Shown here: positions 31,376-39,400 of the stretch, in pieces
How the letters are laid out: every line of letters starts with the position of its first letter
Position numbering within the stretch: the stretch's first letter is position 1
Assembly (NCBI GenBank): GCA_024762655.1
Contig: JANTHB010000001.1
Coordinates: 20,015 to 84,014, forward strand
Length of the DNA stretch: 64,000 bases
Direction: 5' to 3'
Source: Bacteroidales bacterium
GTDB taxonomy: Bacteria; Bacteroidota; Bacteroidia; Bacteroidales; VadinHA17
Translations under genes and position numbers: made by a program
Notes under the pieces: model-generated
What the model was told of the DNA's origin: nothing
Databases searched by the model: none
What the model saw: only the letters and a program-made list of their open reading frames with translations

Positions 31376-31523
31376 GCCTTTTCCCACATGAATAAAACAC
31401 ATAGGAATCATTGAAACCTGAAGAGCCACTCTAACCAAAAGTGGCAGGAACAAAGGTGTGGCAGCGTGACATAAACTCTTTTTCTTAATTTGCTGCTTTG
31501 CCACGGAGTGACTAAATATGAAT

Positions 31524-31546
31524 AACCGTCCGGGTACCGGACGGTT
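31524..31546. repeat. Perfect 10-bp-stem hairpin (aaccgtccgg-gta-ccggacggtt), REP-like
   Basis: Seen directly. It shares the cgtccg/cggacg core with the hairpin repeats at 42.5-42.9 kb. Confidence 0.5.
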
Positions 31547-31830
31547 AGAACCCTCGCCCAAAACAATCCCTGAAGGGGGTCAATAACAGATAAATATGGA
31601 TAGCTATCGTCAAATTCTCTATCATCTTATCTTGTGGGTCCAAAACAGCATAAAAACAATACCCCTCTGACAGTCAGATAAATTTCAGTTTTATGTTACA
31701 GGTATTATTTTGAAGAAGAAATACCGGGTTCTATACTGTAAATTCGAATATTGCGGATGAGTCAAAATTTTATACATTTACGAGTTCTTTTTCATAAATA
31801 TTACAACAATAAATATAGGAGAGAAAAGCT

Positions 31831-33294
31831 ATGAGTAAAGAAATTTTAAATCTGGAACCGAAAGAAGTCTGGAAATATTTTTACGAACTGACGCAAATAC
31901 CGCGGCCTTCGAAGAAAGAGGGTAAGGTAATTGAGTTTATGAGAAAATTCGGAGAGGACCTGGGGCTGGAAACGATCGTAGACGAGGTTGGGAATGTAAT
32001 CATCCGCAAACCGGCTACCCCGGGTATGGAAAACAAAAAAGGAGTGATCCTGCAGGGACATTTGGATATGGTTCCCCAGAAAAACAGTGATGTGGCACAT
32101 GATTTTGAAAAGGACCCCATTGATGCTTATGTGGATGGAGAATGGGTGACGGCCAGAGGAACCACCCTGGGGGCTGATAATGGCATTGGCGTGGCGGCAG
32201 CCATGGCTGTGCTGGCCTCCAAAGATATTCAACACGGTCCTCTGGAAGCACTCTTTACCATAGATGAGGAAACGGGAATGACCGGAGCTTTCGGTCTGAA
32301 GCCCGGAATCCTCAAAGGAGAGATCCTGATCAACATGGACTCGGAAGATGAGGGAGAGCTGTATGTGGGTTGTGCCGGAGGCACCAACGCCAATCTTTCT
32401 TTCTCTTATCAGGAGGAAAAAGTCCCCGGCGATCATGTGGCTTATAAGGTTGTGCTGACAGGATTGAAAGGCGGACACTCCGGGGTTGATATTGCCATGG
32501 AACGTGGAAACGCCAATAAACTGATGAACAGAATTCTTTGGAACGCCGCCCGGGAATATGGACTGCGCGTGGCTGACGTGAAGGGGGGCGACCTGCGTAA
32601 TGCCATCCCCCGCGAAGCTTTTGCCATCGTAACCATTCCGTCTGACAAAGAAGAAGGTTTTGTGCGTTATGTGAAAGAAATGGAGAATGTGCTGGTCAAT
32701 GAATTGGGCTCGGTGGAACCGGACCTGAAGCTGGAGACCGAACGTACGGAGACTCCCGCCACGGTCATGGATGAGGTTTCCCAGGCAAAAATACTGGATG
32801 CTGTATATGTTAGTCCCCATGGAGTGATCCGGATGAGTACCGATATGGAAGGGCTCGTAGAAACATCCAACAATGTGTCGGTCGTAAAGATGGCCGACGG
32901 GACTTTCGAAGAGTTGTGCCTGTTACGCAGTTCGGTGGATACCGCCAAAGATGATTTGAAAAACGTTTTCTCTGCCATCGCCGACCTGGCAGGAGGGAAA
33001 ATTACCTTTGACGGGGAATACCCCGGATGGAAACCCAATATGAATTCGGAGATCCTCAAGGAGATGCAGGAGATCTATAATCATAAGTTCGGAAAAATAC
33101 CCGAGATCAAAGCGATTCATGCCGGATTGGAGTGCGGACTGCTGGGAGGCGTCTATCCGGGGCTGGATATGATCTCTTTCGGACCGACGATCAGGTATCC
33201 CCATTCGCCGGATGAAAAAGTAAATATCAAAACGGTTCAGAAATTCTGGGATTTCCTTTTAGAGACCCTGAAGAATATACCGGAGAAAAAATAA
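31831..33294 (+). CDS. pepD: Aminoacyl-histidine dipeptidase (M20C, cytosolic non-specific dipeptidase)
   Basis: 487 aa. PepD-typical N-terminus (LEPKEVWKYFYELTQIPRPS) and metal ligand blocks HLDMV, ADNGIG and DEETGMTGA. Confidence 0.92.
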   Translation: MSKEILNLEPKEVWKYFYELTQIPRPSKKEGKVIEFMRKFGEDLGLETIVDEVGNVIIRKPATPGMENKKGVILQGHLDMVPQKNSDVAHDFEKDPIDAYVDGEWVTARGTTLGADNGIGVAAAMAVLASKDIQHGPLEALFTIDEETGMTGAFGLKPGILKGEILINMDSEDEGELYVGCAGGTNANLSFSYQEEKVPGDHVAYKVVLTGLKGGHSGVDIAMERGNANKLMNRILWNAAREYGLRVADVKGGDLRNAIPREAFAIVTIPSDKEEGFVRYVKEMENVLVNELGSVEPDLKLETERTETPATVMDEVSQAKILDAVYVSPHGVIRMSTDMEGLVETSNNVSVVKMADGTFEELCLLRSSVDTAKDDLKNVFSAIADLAGGKITFDGEYPGWKPNMNSEILKEMQEIYNHKFGKIPEIKAIHAGLECGLLGGVYPGLDMISFGPTIRYPHSPDEKVNIKTVQKFWDFLLETLKNIPEKK

Positions 33295-33400
33295 TTACTT
33301 CATCACCTTGATGCCTACTCATTTTTAATAAAAGTATCTGTGAATGAGTTGCTTTTTGTGAGAAAAGCTCCATTGTTGCAATGAGCAAGGAAGAGGCCTG

Positions 33401-33431
33401 AAAAACCACCTGTAACAGGGTGGTTTTTTTC
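33401..33431 (+). terminator. Rho-independent (bidirectional-type) terminator after pepD
   Basis: aaaaaccacctgtaacagggtggttttttt: a GC-rich stem flanked by an A-run and a T-run. Confidence 0.7.
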
Positions 33432-33494
33432 ATGAAAAAGAAAGGACTGGCATATTTATTGCATGAAAAATCAATGGATTGGACTTAAATATAT

Positions 33495-34331
33495 ATGGAG
33501 ATGAAACGTTTAGCCAGGCTTTTTATCTTTTTCTTACCTGCTGTGTTGTTATTTGCCTGTCAAAAAGAAGATCTCTTTCAAAACGAGGATACTTTTTACA
33601 TAAATAAAGATCGTAAATTAAAAAGAAAACTTGTTTATTCTTCTTCAAAGGCTGAAGAACCGTATGCACGTACGGATTATTATTACGATCGTTTCGGGAA
33701 TCTGATAAAGGAGCTCATCACAGTTGATCCTGATCCGGTAACTTTTAAAAATATATTTATGTACGATCAAAAAGGAAGATTGTTGGAGAAAAGACATTAT
33801 GGTATTCCACAAGGAGCTTCATCCACAGGGCTCACGGAAGATAATCTGACCTTATATACCGTCTCTCATTATTCATACCCTGATGAAAATACAAAGGTTG
33901 AAACCATATATTTACTGGATGAATTTGAAGACAGTACGGTGTACGAATATGAAAACAATTTATTAATCAAGGAAACGCATTTCAAAAAGAGCGGTTCAGT
34001 ATTCTGGTACAAAACGTATACATATGATGAAGACGGAAATCTTATCCAGGATTATGAAGAGCCTGGCGGAACTAAAAATGTTTATACTTATAAGGATGGC
34101 CATATTGTCAGCATGAAAGACTATGTAAATGATTCTTTGAGGGTGGTCAATGATTATGTGTACCATAAAGAAGGGACACGATGGATTGTAGAAGTAAATT
34201 ATTCGGGTCCGTATGGGAATTTTATTTCTGAAAAGTCAACATATGAACATGGACTTCTTATTGAATATATAAAATACCATCCTACTTTCATAGGTGCTGA
34301 GTGGTTTTGTGCACGTTACGAGTATTATTAA
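33495..34331 (+). CDS. Hypothetical lipoprotein with YD/RHS-like repeats
   Basis: 278 aa. Lipobox (LLFAC) and repeated Y.YD..GNLI / YDQKGRLL motifs. The gene is visibly AT-rich relative to its neighbours. Confidence 0.45.
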   Translation: MEMKRLARLFIFFLPAVLLFACQKEDLFQNEDTFYINKDRKLKRKLVYSSSKAEEPYARTDYYYDRFGNLIKELITVDPDPVTFKNIFMYDQKGRLLEKRHYGIPQGASSTGLTEDNLTLYTVSHYSYPDENTKVETIYLLDEFEDSTVYEYENNLLIKETHFKKSGSVFWYKTYTYDEDGNLIQDYEEPGGTKNVYTYKDGHIVSMKDYVNDSLRVVNDYVYHKEGTRWIVEVNYSGPYGNFISEKSTYEHGLLIEYIKYHPTFIGAEWFCARYEYY

Positions 34332-34464
34332 TCCTTTGTCCTCCTGAGGCCGGGCGTAAACGCTATCTATTACTGATTTTGTATTTTGGGTTGCTTTCTT
34401 TTTATAAGGAAGGCGTATAACCTCGTTTTTTTCTTTATATCTTTAGCGTTATAAATTTTACGCC

Positions 34465-36783
34465 ATGAAAAAAACGGTTCTTTTACCTGTTATGTTTATT
34501 CTGCTTCTTGGGGCGTCCGGAAGCTATGCACAGGATTCCGGATCGGTGAAAGTCACCAAAGAAGATTATGCCCGTGCTGAAAAGTTTTTGTCGGGAAACA
34601 CCTTTCCTCTTGTACATGGATACAGCATCCGGCCCGAGTGGATCAGCAGGGATTTTTTTTGGTACATGAAGGCAGTAGACGGCGGAACGGAATTTCTTCT
34701 GGTAAATGCCCGGAAAAAAACCAGCCAACGTGCATTTAATCATGAAAAACTGGCGGCTGCTCTCTCGGAAGCCACGGGAAAGGAATACAAACCGCTTGAA
34801 CTGCCTTTTTACAACCTCTCTTTTTCCCAGGATAGAAAACAAATCTCTTTTCGTGTAAAGGGTGAAGCCTATACGTGGAATATTCCGGATAACAGCCTTT
34901 CCAAAGGGGAGAAGGCGCCGCAAAACACCAGGCCTGAAAGAAATTCCGTAATATCTCCCGATGGAAAATATGCAGCATTTATCCGTGATTATAATCTGTG
35001 GGTCCGGGATCTGGCAACAGGGGAAGAAACCCGGTTGACAACCGATGGGGAGAAGGACTACGGTTATGCCACCGACAATGCAGGCTGGAAAAAAAGCGAC
35101 CGCCCGGTGTTGCTCTGGTCTCCCGACTCAAAGAAAATTGCTACTTTCCGGATGGATGAACGCGGAGTCGGGATGATGTATCTGGTTTCTACAAAAGCGG
35201 GACATCCCGAACTGGAAGCCTGGAGATATCCTTTGCCGGAGGATTCGGTCATTTTCCGTCTGCACCGTGTGATCATCACCCTGGATGGACCGCACGTGAT
35301 CAGGTTGAAGATGAGCCCCGATCAGCATCGCTCCACTGTAACGGATGATATTGCGGGAAGGGGCGGAAAGATGCTGGATGCGGAATGGAGCCCGGACGGA
35401 CGGCAGTTTGCATTCGTCTCCGTATCCAGGGATCATCATAAGGTTGTATTGCGGCTGGCCGATGCGGTAACCGGTGAGGTCAGGGATGTGCTCAGCGAGG
35501 AGTCCCCAACCTTTTTCGAGTCGGGATACAATGTTTTCAACTGGCGCTTTCTCCCGGAAAGTGGAGAGGTGATCTGGTACTCCCAGCGGGATGACTGGGG
35601 CCATCTTTATCTGTATGATCTTAAGACCGGCGCTTTGAAAAACAGAATCACTTCGGGAGCCTGGAACGTGCTGGAGGTCCGACGGATAGACCGGAAAAAA
35701 GGGAAGATCTATTTTCTTGGCAACGGACGGGAGCCTGGCGATCCTTATTTCAAATACCTGTACAGTGTGGGGATGGACGGCAGAGACCTGAAATTGCTGA
35801 CTCCCGACAGTGCCAACCATTCGGTCACTTTTTCTCCTTCCGGAAGATACTTTACCGACAGTTATTCCACACCGGTGGAACCTCCGGTAACCGTCCTGAG
35901 AACGAGTGAAGGAAAAAAAGTCCTGATACTGGAGAAGGCGGATATCAGGGAGTTACGGGCTGCCGGCTGGATGCCTCCTGTGCCGTTTATCGTGAAGGCC
36001 CGTGACGGGGTGACCGACCTGTATGGCTTAATGTTTAAGCCTGTGAACTTTGATCCTTCCGGAAAATACCCTGTTATCGATGCCATTTATCCGGGACCGC
36101 AGACCGGCAGCATTCGTGGCAGGAGCTTCCTGCCTGCCCGGGGGGACAAACAAGCCCTGGCGGAACTGGGATTCATTGTGGTTTCCATAGATGCCATGGG
36201 CACTCCCATGCGCTCCAAATCGTTCCATGCAGCCTATTACGGCAATATGGGCGATAACGGCTTGCCGGATCAGATCGCAGGAATACGGCAACTGGCTCAG
36301 AGATATTCATGGATAGATACGAACCGGGTAGGTATTTACGGACATTCCGGTGGCGGATATGCTGCTGCCGATGCGATCCTGAGGTATCCGGACTTTTTCA
36401 AGGTGGCGGTCAGCGAATCGGGAAATCATGACAACCGGATCTACGAAGACGACTGGGGAGAAAAATGGCAGGGTCTGTTGAAAGTGAACCCCGACGGGTC
36501 CACCAACTATGATAACCAGGCCAACCAGAATCTTGCTAAAAATCTGAAAGGCCATCTGCTCCTGGCACATGGCACCATGGACGATAATGTGCCGTTGAAT
36601 AATACCCTGATGCTGGTCAGGGCGTTGATCGCAGCCAACAAGGATTTCGACCTGATTCTCTTCCCGAACCGGCACCATGGCTATGGCCCTGATTCAAAGT
36701 ACATGATGCGGAGGAAATGGGATTATTTTGTCCGCTATCTTCTGGATACAGAACCCCCGAAAGAGTATGAGTTTGGTAAATGA
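34465..36783 (+). CDS. S9B-family dipeptidyl-peptidase IV-like serine peptidase
   Basis: 772 aa. Signal peptide, DPPIV-type beta-propeller N-region, and a C-terminal alpha/beta hydrolase with GHSGGGY (Ser), HGTMDDNV (Asp) and NRHHG (His). Confidence 0.88.
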   Translation: MKKTVLLPVMFILLLGASGSYAQDSGSVKVTKEDYARAEKFLSGNTFPLVHGYSIRPEWISRDFFWYMKAVDGGTEFLLVNARKKTSQRAFNHEKLAAALSEATGKEYKPLELPFYNLSFSQDRKQISFRVKGEAYTWNIPDNSLSKGEKAPQNTRPERNSVISPDGKYAAFIRDYNLWVRDLATGEETRLTTDGEKDYGYATDNAGWKKSDRPVLLWSPDSKKIATFRMDERGVGMMYLVSTKAGHPELEAWRYPLPEDSVIFRLHRVIITLDGPHVIRLKMSPDQHRSTVTDDIAGRGGKMLDAEWSPDGRQFAFVSVSRDHHKVVLRLADAVTGEVRDVLSEESPTFFESGYNVFNWRFLPESGEVIWYSQRDDWGHLYLYDLKTGALKNRITSGAWNVLEVRRIDRKKGKIYFLGNGREPGDPYFKYLYSVGMDGRDLKLLTPDSANHSVTFSPSGRYFTDSYSTPVEPPVTVLRTSEGKKVLILEKADIRELRAAGWMPPVPFIVKARDGVTDLYGLMFKPVNFDPSGKYPVIDAIYPGPQTGSIRGRSFLPARGDKQALAELGFIVVSIDAMGTPMRSKSFHAAYYGNMGDNGLPDQIAGIRQLAQRYSWIDTNRVGIYGHSGGGYAAADAILRYPDFFKVAVSESGNHDNRIYEDDWGEKWQGLLKVNPDGSTNYDNQANQNLAKNLKGHLLLAHGTMDDNVPLNNTLMLVRALIAANKDFDLILFPNRHHGYGPDSKYMMRRKWDYFVRYLLDTEPPKEYEFGK

Positions 36784-36933
36784 ATAAAAACGCAGGCAGG
36801 CAGCAGGATTTGGAATACCGGAATATTTTGAGTCACCCGGGCCCCTCTCTTCATGCAGTTGATGGCTGAGCCAGCCTCCCTGAATCCGTGTAATCCGTTT
36901 TTTTGTTTTCTTTGTGCTCAAATTTTTCCGGGG

Positions 36934-38127
36934 ATGATCACAAGAGGGCTTGTTTTGTTTCTTCTGGTTTTATGTACACAAAGTGTACAAGCTGCGTCTT
37001 ATCCTGAAGCACCAGACACTACCTCAGGGTATGCTCCTGTCCCCCATGCTTCGGATACGCTCGGTTTGCAGGACACCCTGCCTGAAGTGGTGCTGGCCAG
37101 AAAAGCCCAGGATATGTTTGAAAAACTGTTCAAATATGTTCCCGTGCCTTATCTGGGTTACTCTACCGAGACCAGCCTGACCTTCGGGATTATCAAATAC
37201 AATGCTTTTAAGTTCCATAATCGTCAGATTCCCGATTCCTTGATGCAACTGTCCAGTGTCTCTCTGTATGGCTTTTATACCCTGAAAAATCAGTATGAAA
37301 TTAAGCTGAAAGGAGATCTGATGTTCGGCCCGAACCGTTTTAATACGGTGTTTGAGTTTTCATACCGGGATTTTCCGACTTTATATTTCGGCGTGGGAAA
37401 TACTACCCGGGAAAATGACGGCATGCTGACCGACTTCAAAAATTTATTACTCAAACCGGGATTTAATTATAAGGTATATTCAAGGCATTATCTGGGGGTA
37501 GTTTATATCTTTAATAGCTTTTTCAGGGTTAATCCGGTTGTCAGTTCCGGGGAAGGGCCGGTTCTGAAAGAAAACGAAGGGGTTCAGGCCGGTTTGGGGA
37601 TTAAATATTTCAGAGAAGGCCGGGACAACAGATTGCGCGCAAAGAAAGGTTCCTATATTTATTTTTCCTACGACGGGTACACACATCTTCTCGGTAGTCA
37701 ATTTGATTACGGAAGTTTTACGGTGGATTTGCGAAAATATTATTCTCCTTTGCCGCAACTGACGTTGGCGGGTCAGTTGTATTCGGAGATCAAAACCGGG
37801 GAGGTGCCGGTACAATCGCTGGCCGTTGTAGGTGGCAAAAACAGGATGAGAGGCATCTACCGGGGACGTTTCCGTGATAAAACGATGGCCATGGCTCAAC
37901 TGGAAATGCGTTTTCCTCTTTTCGGTATTGTGGGAGGTACTGTTTTCGGAGGGATGGGACAGGTGGCGTCGCGGCCGGTGGATTTCAAAAGCAGCGGTTT
38001 CCATTATGCCGGGGGCGGGGGAGTAAGGATCTTCATCGACAGGGCCACCAGCTCGGTGCTGCGGATAGATGCAGGCTTTTCCAGGGAGGGATATACGCTG
38101 TTTTTCGGGTTTGGAGAAGCGTTTTAG
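36934..38127 (+). CDS. Omp85/BamA-type (surface antigen D15) outer-membrane beta-barrel protein
   Basis: The start is moved to the internal ATG, giving a signal peptide (MITRGLVLFLLVLCTQSVQA). Alternating beta-strand pattern with a C-terminal aromatic end ...FGFGEAF. Confidence 0.6.
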   Translation: MITRGLVLFLLVLCTQSVQAASYPEAPDTTSGYAPVPHASDTLGLQDTLPEVVLARKAQDMFEKLFKYVPVPYLGYSTETSLTFGIIKYNAFKFHNRQIPDSLMQLSSVSLYGFYTLKNQYEIKLKGDLMFGPNRFNTVFEFSYRDFPTLYFGVGNTTRENDGMLTDFKNLLLKPGFNYKVYSRHYLGVVYIFNSFFRVNPVVSSGEGPVLKENEGVQAGLGIKYFREGRDNRLRAKKGSYIYFSYDGYTHLLGSQFDYGSFTVDLRKYYSPLPQLTLAGQLYSEIKTGEVPVQSLAVVGGKNRMRGIYRGRFRDKTMAMAQLEMRFPLFGIVGGTVFGGMGQVASRPVDFKSSGFHYAGGGGVRIFIDRATSSVLRIDAGFSREGYTLFFGFGEAF

Positions 38128-38158
38128 GAACGATGATCGACGAACGATGATCGACGAA
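38128..38158. repeat. Tandem 14-mer (gaacgatgatcgac x2.2) starting directly after a stop codon
   Basis: Seen directly. The first unit starts at the base after the TAG of the preceding gene. Confidence 0.8.
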
Positions 38159-38164
38159 TGCTTG

Positions 38165-38183
38165 TCTGCGCAAATCTGCGTGA
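38165..38183. repeat. 19-nt motif tctgcgcaaatctgcgtga; an inverted copy lies at 60373-60390
   Basis: It equals the reverse complement of 60373-60390 except for a 1-nt indel. Both copies sit next to cgat-containing tandem repeats. Confidence 0.7.
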
Positions 38184-38499
38184 TCAGCGAGGAAATAATG
38201 AATATGAAACCAGGCAAAGGTCTTTGGACATTTTAAGGATTTTCATTATCTTGCATGCATAAATGTCCTGATATGCCGGCAATTAAAAAATACAAGAAGC
38301 TTTTTGTGCACCATCTCTTCGAGTGTTGGATTTATTAGTGTTTTAATTGTTTTTTGCGTCCCAGAAGACGCCGATCCCTTTTATTTTTTACATTCTCATT
38401 CCTGATAACCATGTGTTATTTTAATTTTTATCATGAATCCTAATCCCAACTTTCCCTCCAGGGGAAGAGGGGGCAGGAAAGGGTATTATTATTTTTTGG

Positions 38500-39297
38500 A
38501 TGAAAGGTTTGATTTTCGATATTAAACGGTTTGCCGTGCATGACGGTCCCGGGATCCGGACGACCGTATTTTTTAAAGGCTGTCCGCTGCAATGCTGGTG
38601 GTGCCACAACCCGGAGGGGATACGGAAGGACGAGGAAGAGGTGGTGTCCGTTCATAAAATGGAAGGCAGGGATTTTCCGGTGAAAGAGACTGTTGGGCGT
38701 TGGATGGATACGGAAGAGGTCATGAATGAGATTGTCAGGGAGCGCGTATTTATGGAAGAATCGGGGGGAGGCGTGACCTTCTCGGGAGGAGAGCCCCTGG
38801 GACAGGTGGATTTTCTGGAAGATCTCCTGCTCGCCTGCAAAAGGGAAGGATTCCATACGGCAGTTGATACCACCGGATATACTTCCCGGAAGAACCTGAT
38901 GAAAATAATGGCGTTGACCGATATCTTTTTATATGACGTGAAACATATGGATGACCGCAGGCACTTGGCATATACCGGCGTATCCAACGGGAGGATCCTG
39001 GAAAACCTTACCTTCCTTGCTTCTCAGAACAAAAAGATAATGATCCGCTTGCCGGTACTCCCTGCCATGAATGATGATGATGAAAATATTGGACGGACCC
39101 TGCATTTTCTGAAGTCCCTCACACCTGCCATTGTGGAAGTGGACTTGTTGCCTTATCATGCCATGGCTACCCATAAATATGAAAAGTTCGGCATGGATTA
39201 CAAAATGTCCGGCATCCCCGAACCGGGAGCGGATGACCTGGAACGGATGAAAAAGAAATTTGAAAGGGCCGGTTTTCAAGTAAAGATCGGAGGATAA
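38500..39297 (+). CDS. Glycyl-radical enzyme activating protein (radical SAM), lacking auxiliary Fe-S cluster motifs
   Basis: 265 aa. N-terminal FDIKRFAVHDGPGIRTTVFFKGCPLQCWWCHNPE (CX3CX2C) and GGGVTFSGGEP SAM-binding block. There are only 4 Cys in the whole protein. Confidence 0.88.
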   Translation: MKGLIFDIKRFAVHDGPGIRTTVFFKGCPLQCWWCHNPEGIRKDEEEVVSVHKMEGRDFPVKETVGRWMDTEEVMNEIVRERVFMEESGGGVTFSGGEPLGQVDFLEDLLLACKREGFHTAVDTTGYTSRKNLMKIMALTDIFLYDVKHMDDRRHLAYTGVSNGRILENLTFLASQNKKIMIRLPVLPAMNDDDENIGRTLHFLKSLTPAIVEVDLLPYHAMATHKYEKFGMDYKMSGIPEPGADDLERMKKKFERAGFQVKIGG

Positions 39298-39400
39298 TGG
39301 GAACGGAGATCAAATATAAAATATCAATGAAAAAGGAGCATTAATTTGTATTGAAAATGTAAAGACAAGGCATGCCTTGTCTCCCAAAAAAAGAGAAATT

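Noticed and set aside
31049-31414. 121-aa plus-strand ORF and 68-aa minus-strand ORF (31355-31561) in the long gap.
   Set aside because: Their composition (P/R/C/G-rich, no hydrophobic core pattern) does not look like protein. The sequence is dominated by hairpins, so it is treated as non-coding. See the ncRNA-candidate finding.
30960-31830. Tried to assign the structured gap to a known RNA: RNase P, tmRNA, SRP/4.5S, 6S, cobalamin riboswitch, or group II intron domain V.
   Set aside because: None of the signature strings I know appears on either strand. I looked for the GAGGAAAGTCC-type P4 of RNase P and the tRNA-like 3' end of tmRNA. I also looked for the GGAAGCAGCC-type SRP motif, the GCCACTG B12 box in proper context, and the AGC-triad domain V. 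The region is left unassigned.
31846-32820. 324-aa minus-strand ORF.
   Set aside because: It is antisense to pepD, which has the full M20C motif set. The ORF has no motifs and skewed composition.
36853-36933. ORF-track start of the Omp85-like gene at 36853.
   Set aside because: The first 27 residues are Cys/Phe/Pro-rich and precede a canonical signal peptide that begins at the Met encoded at 36934.
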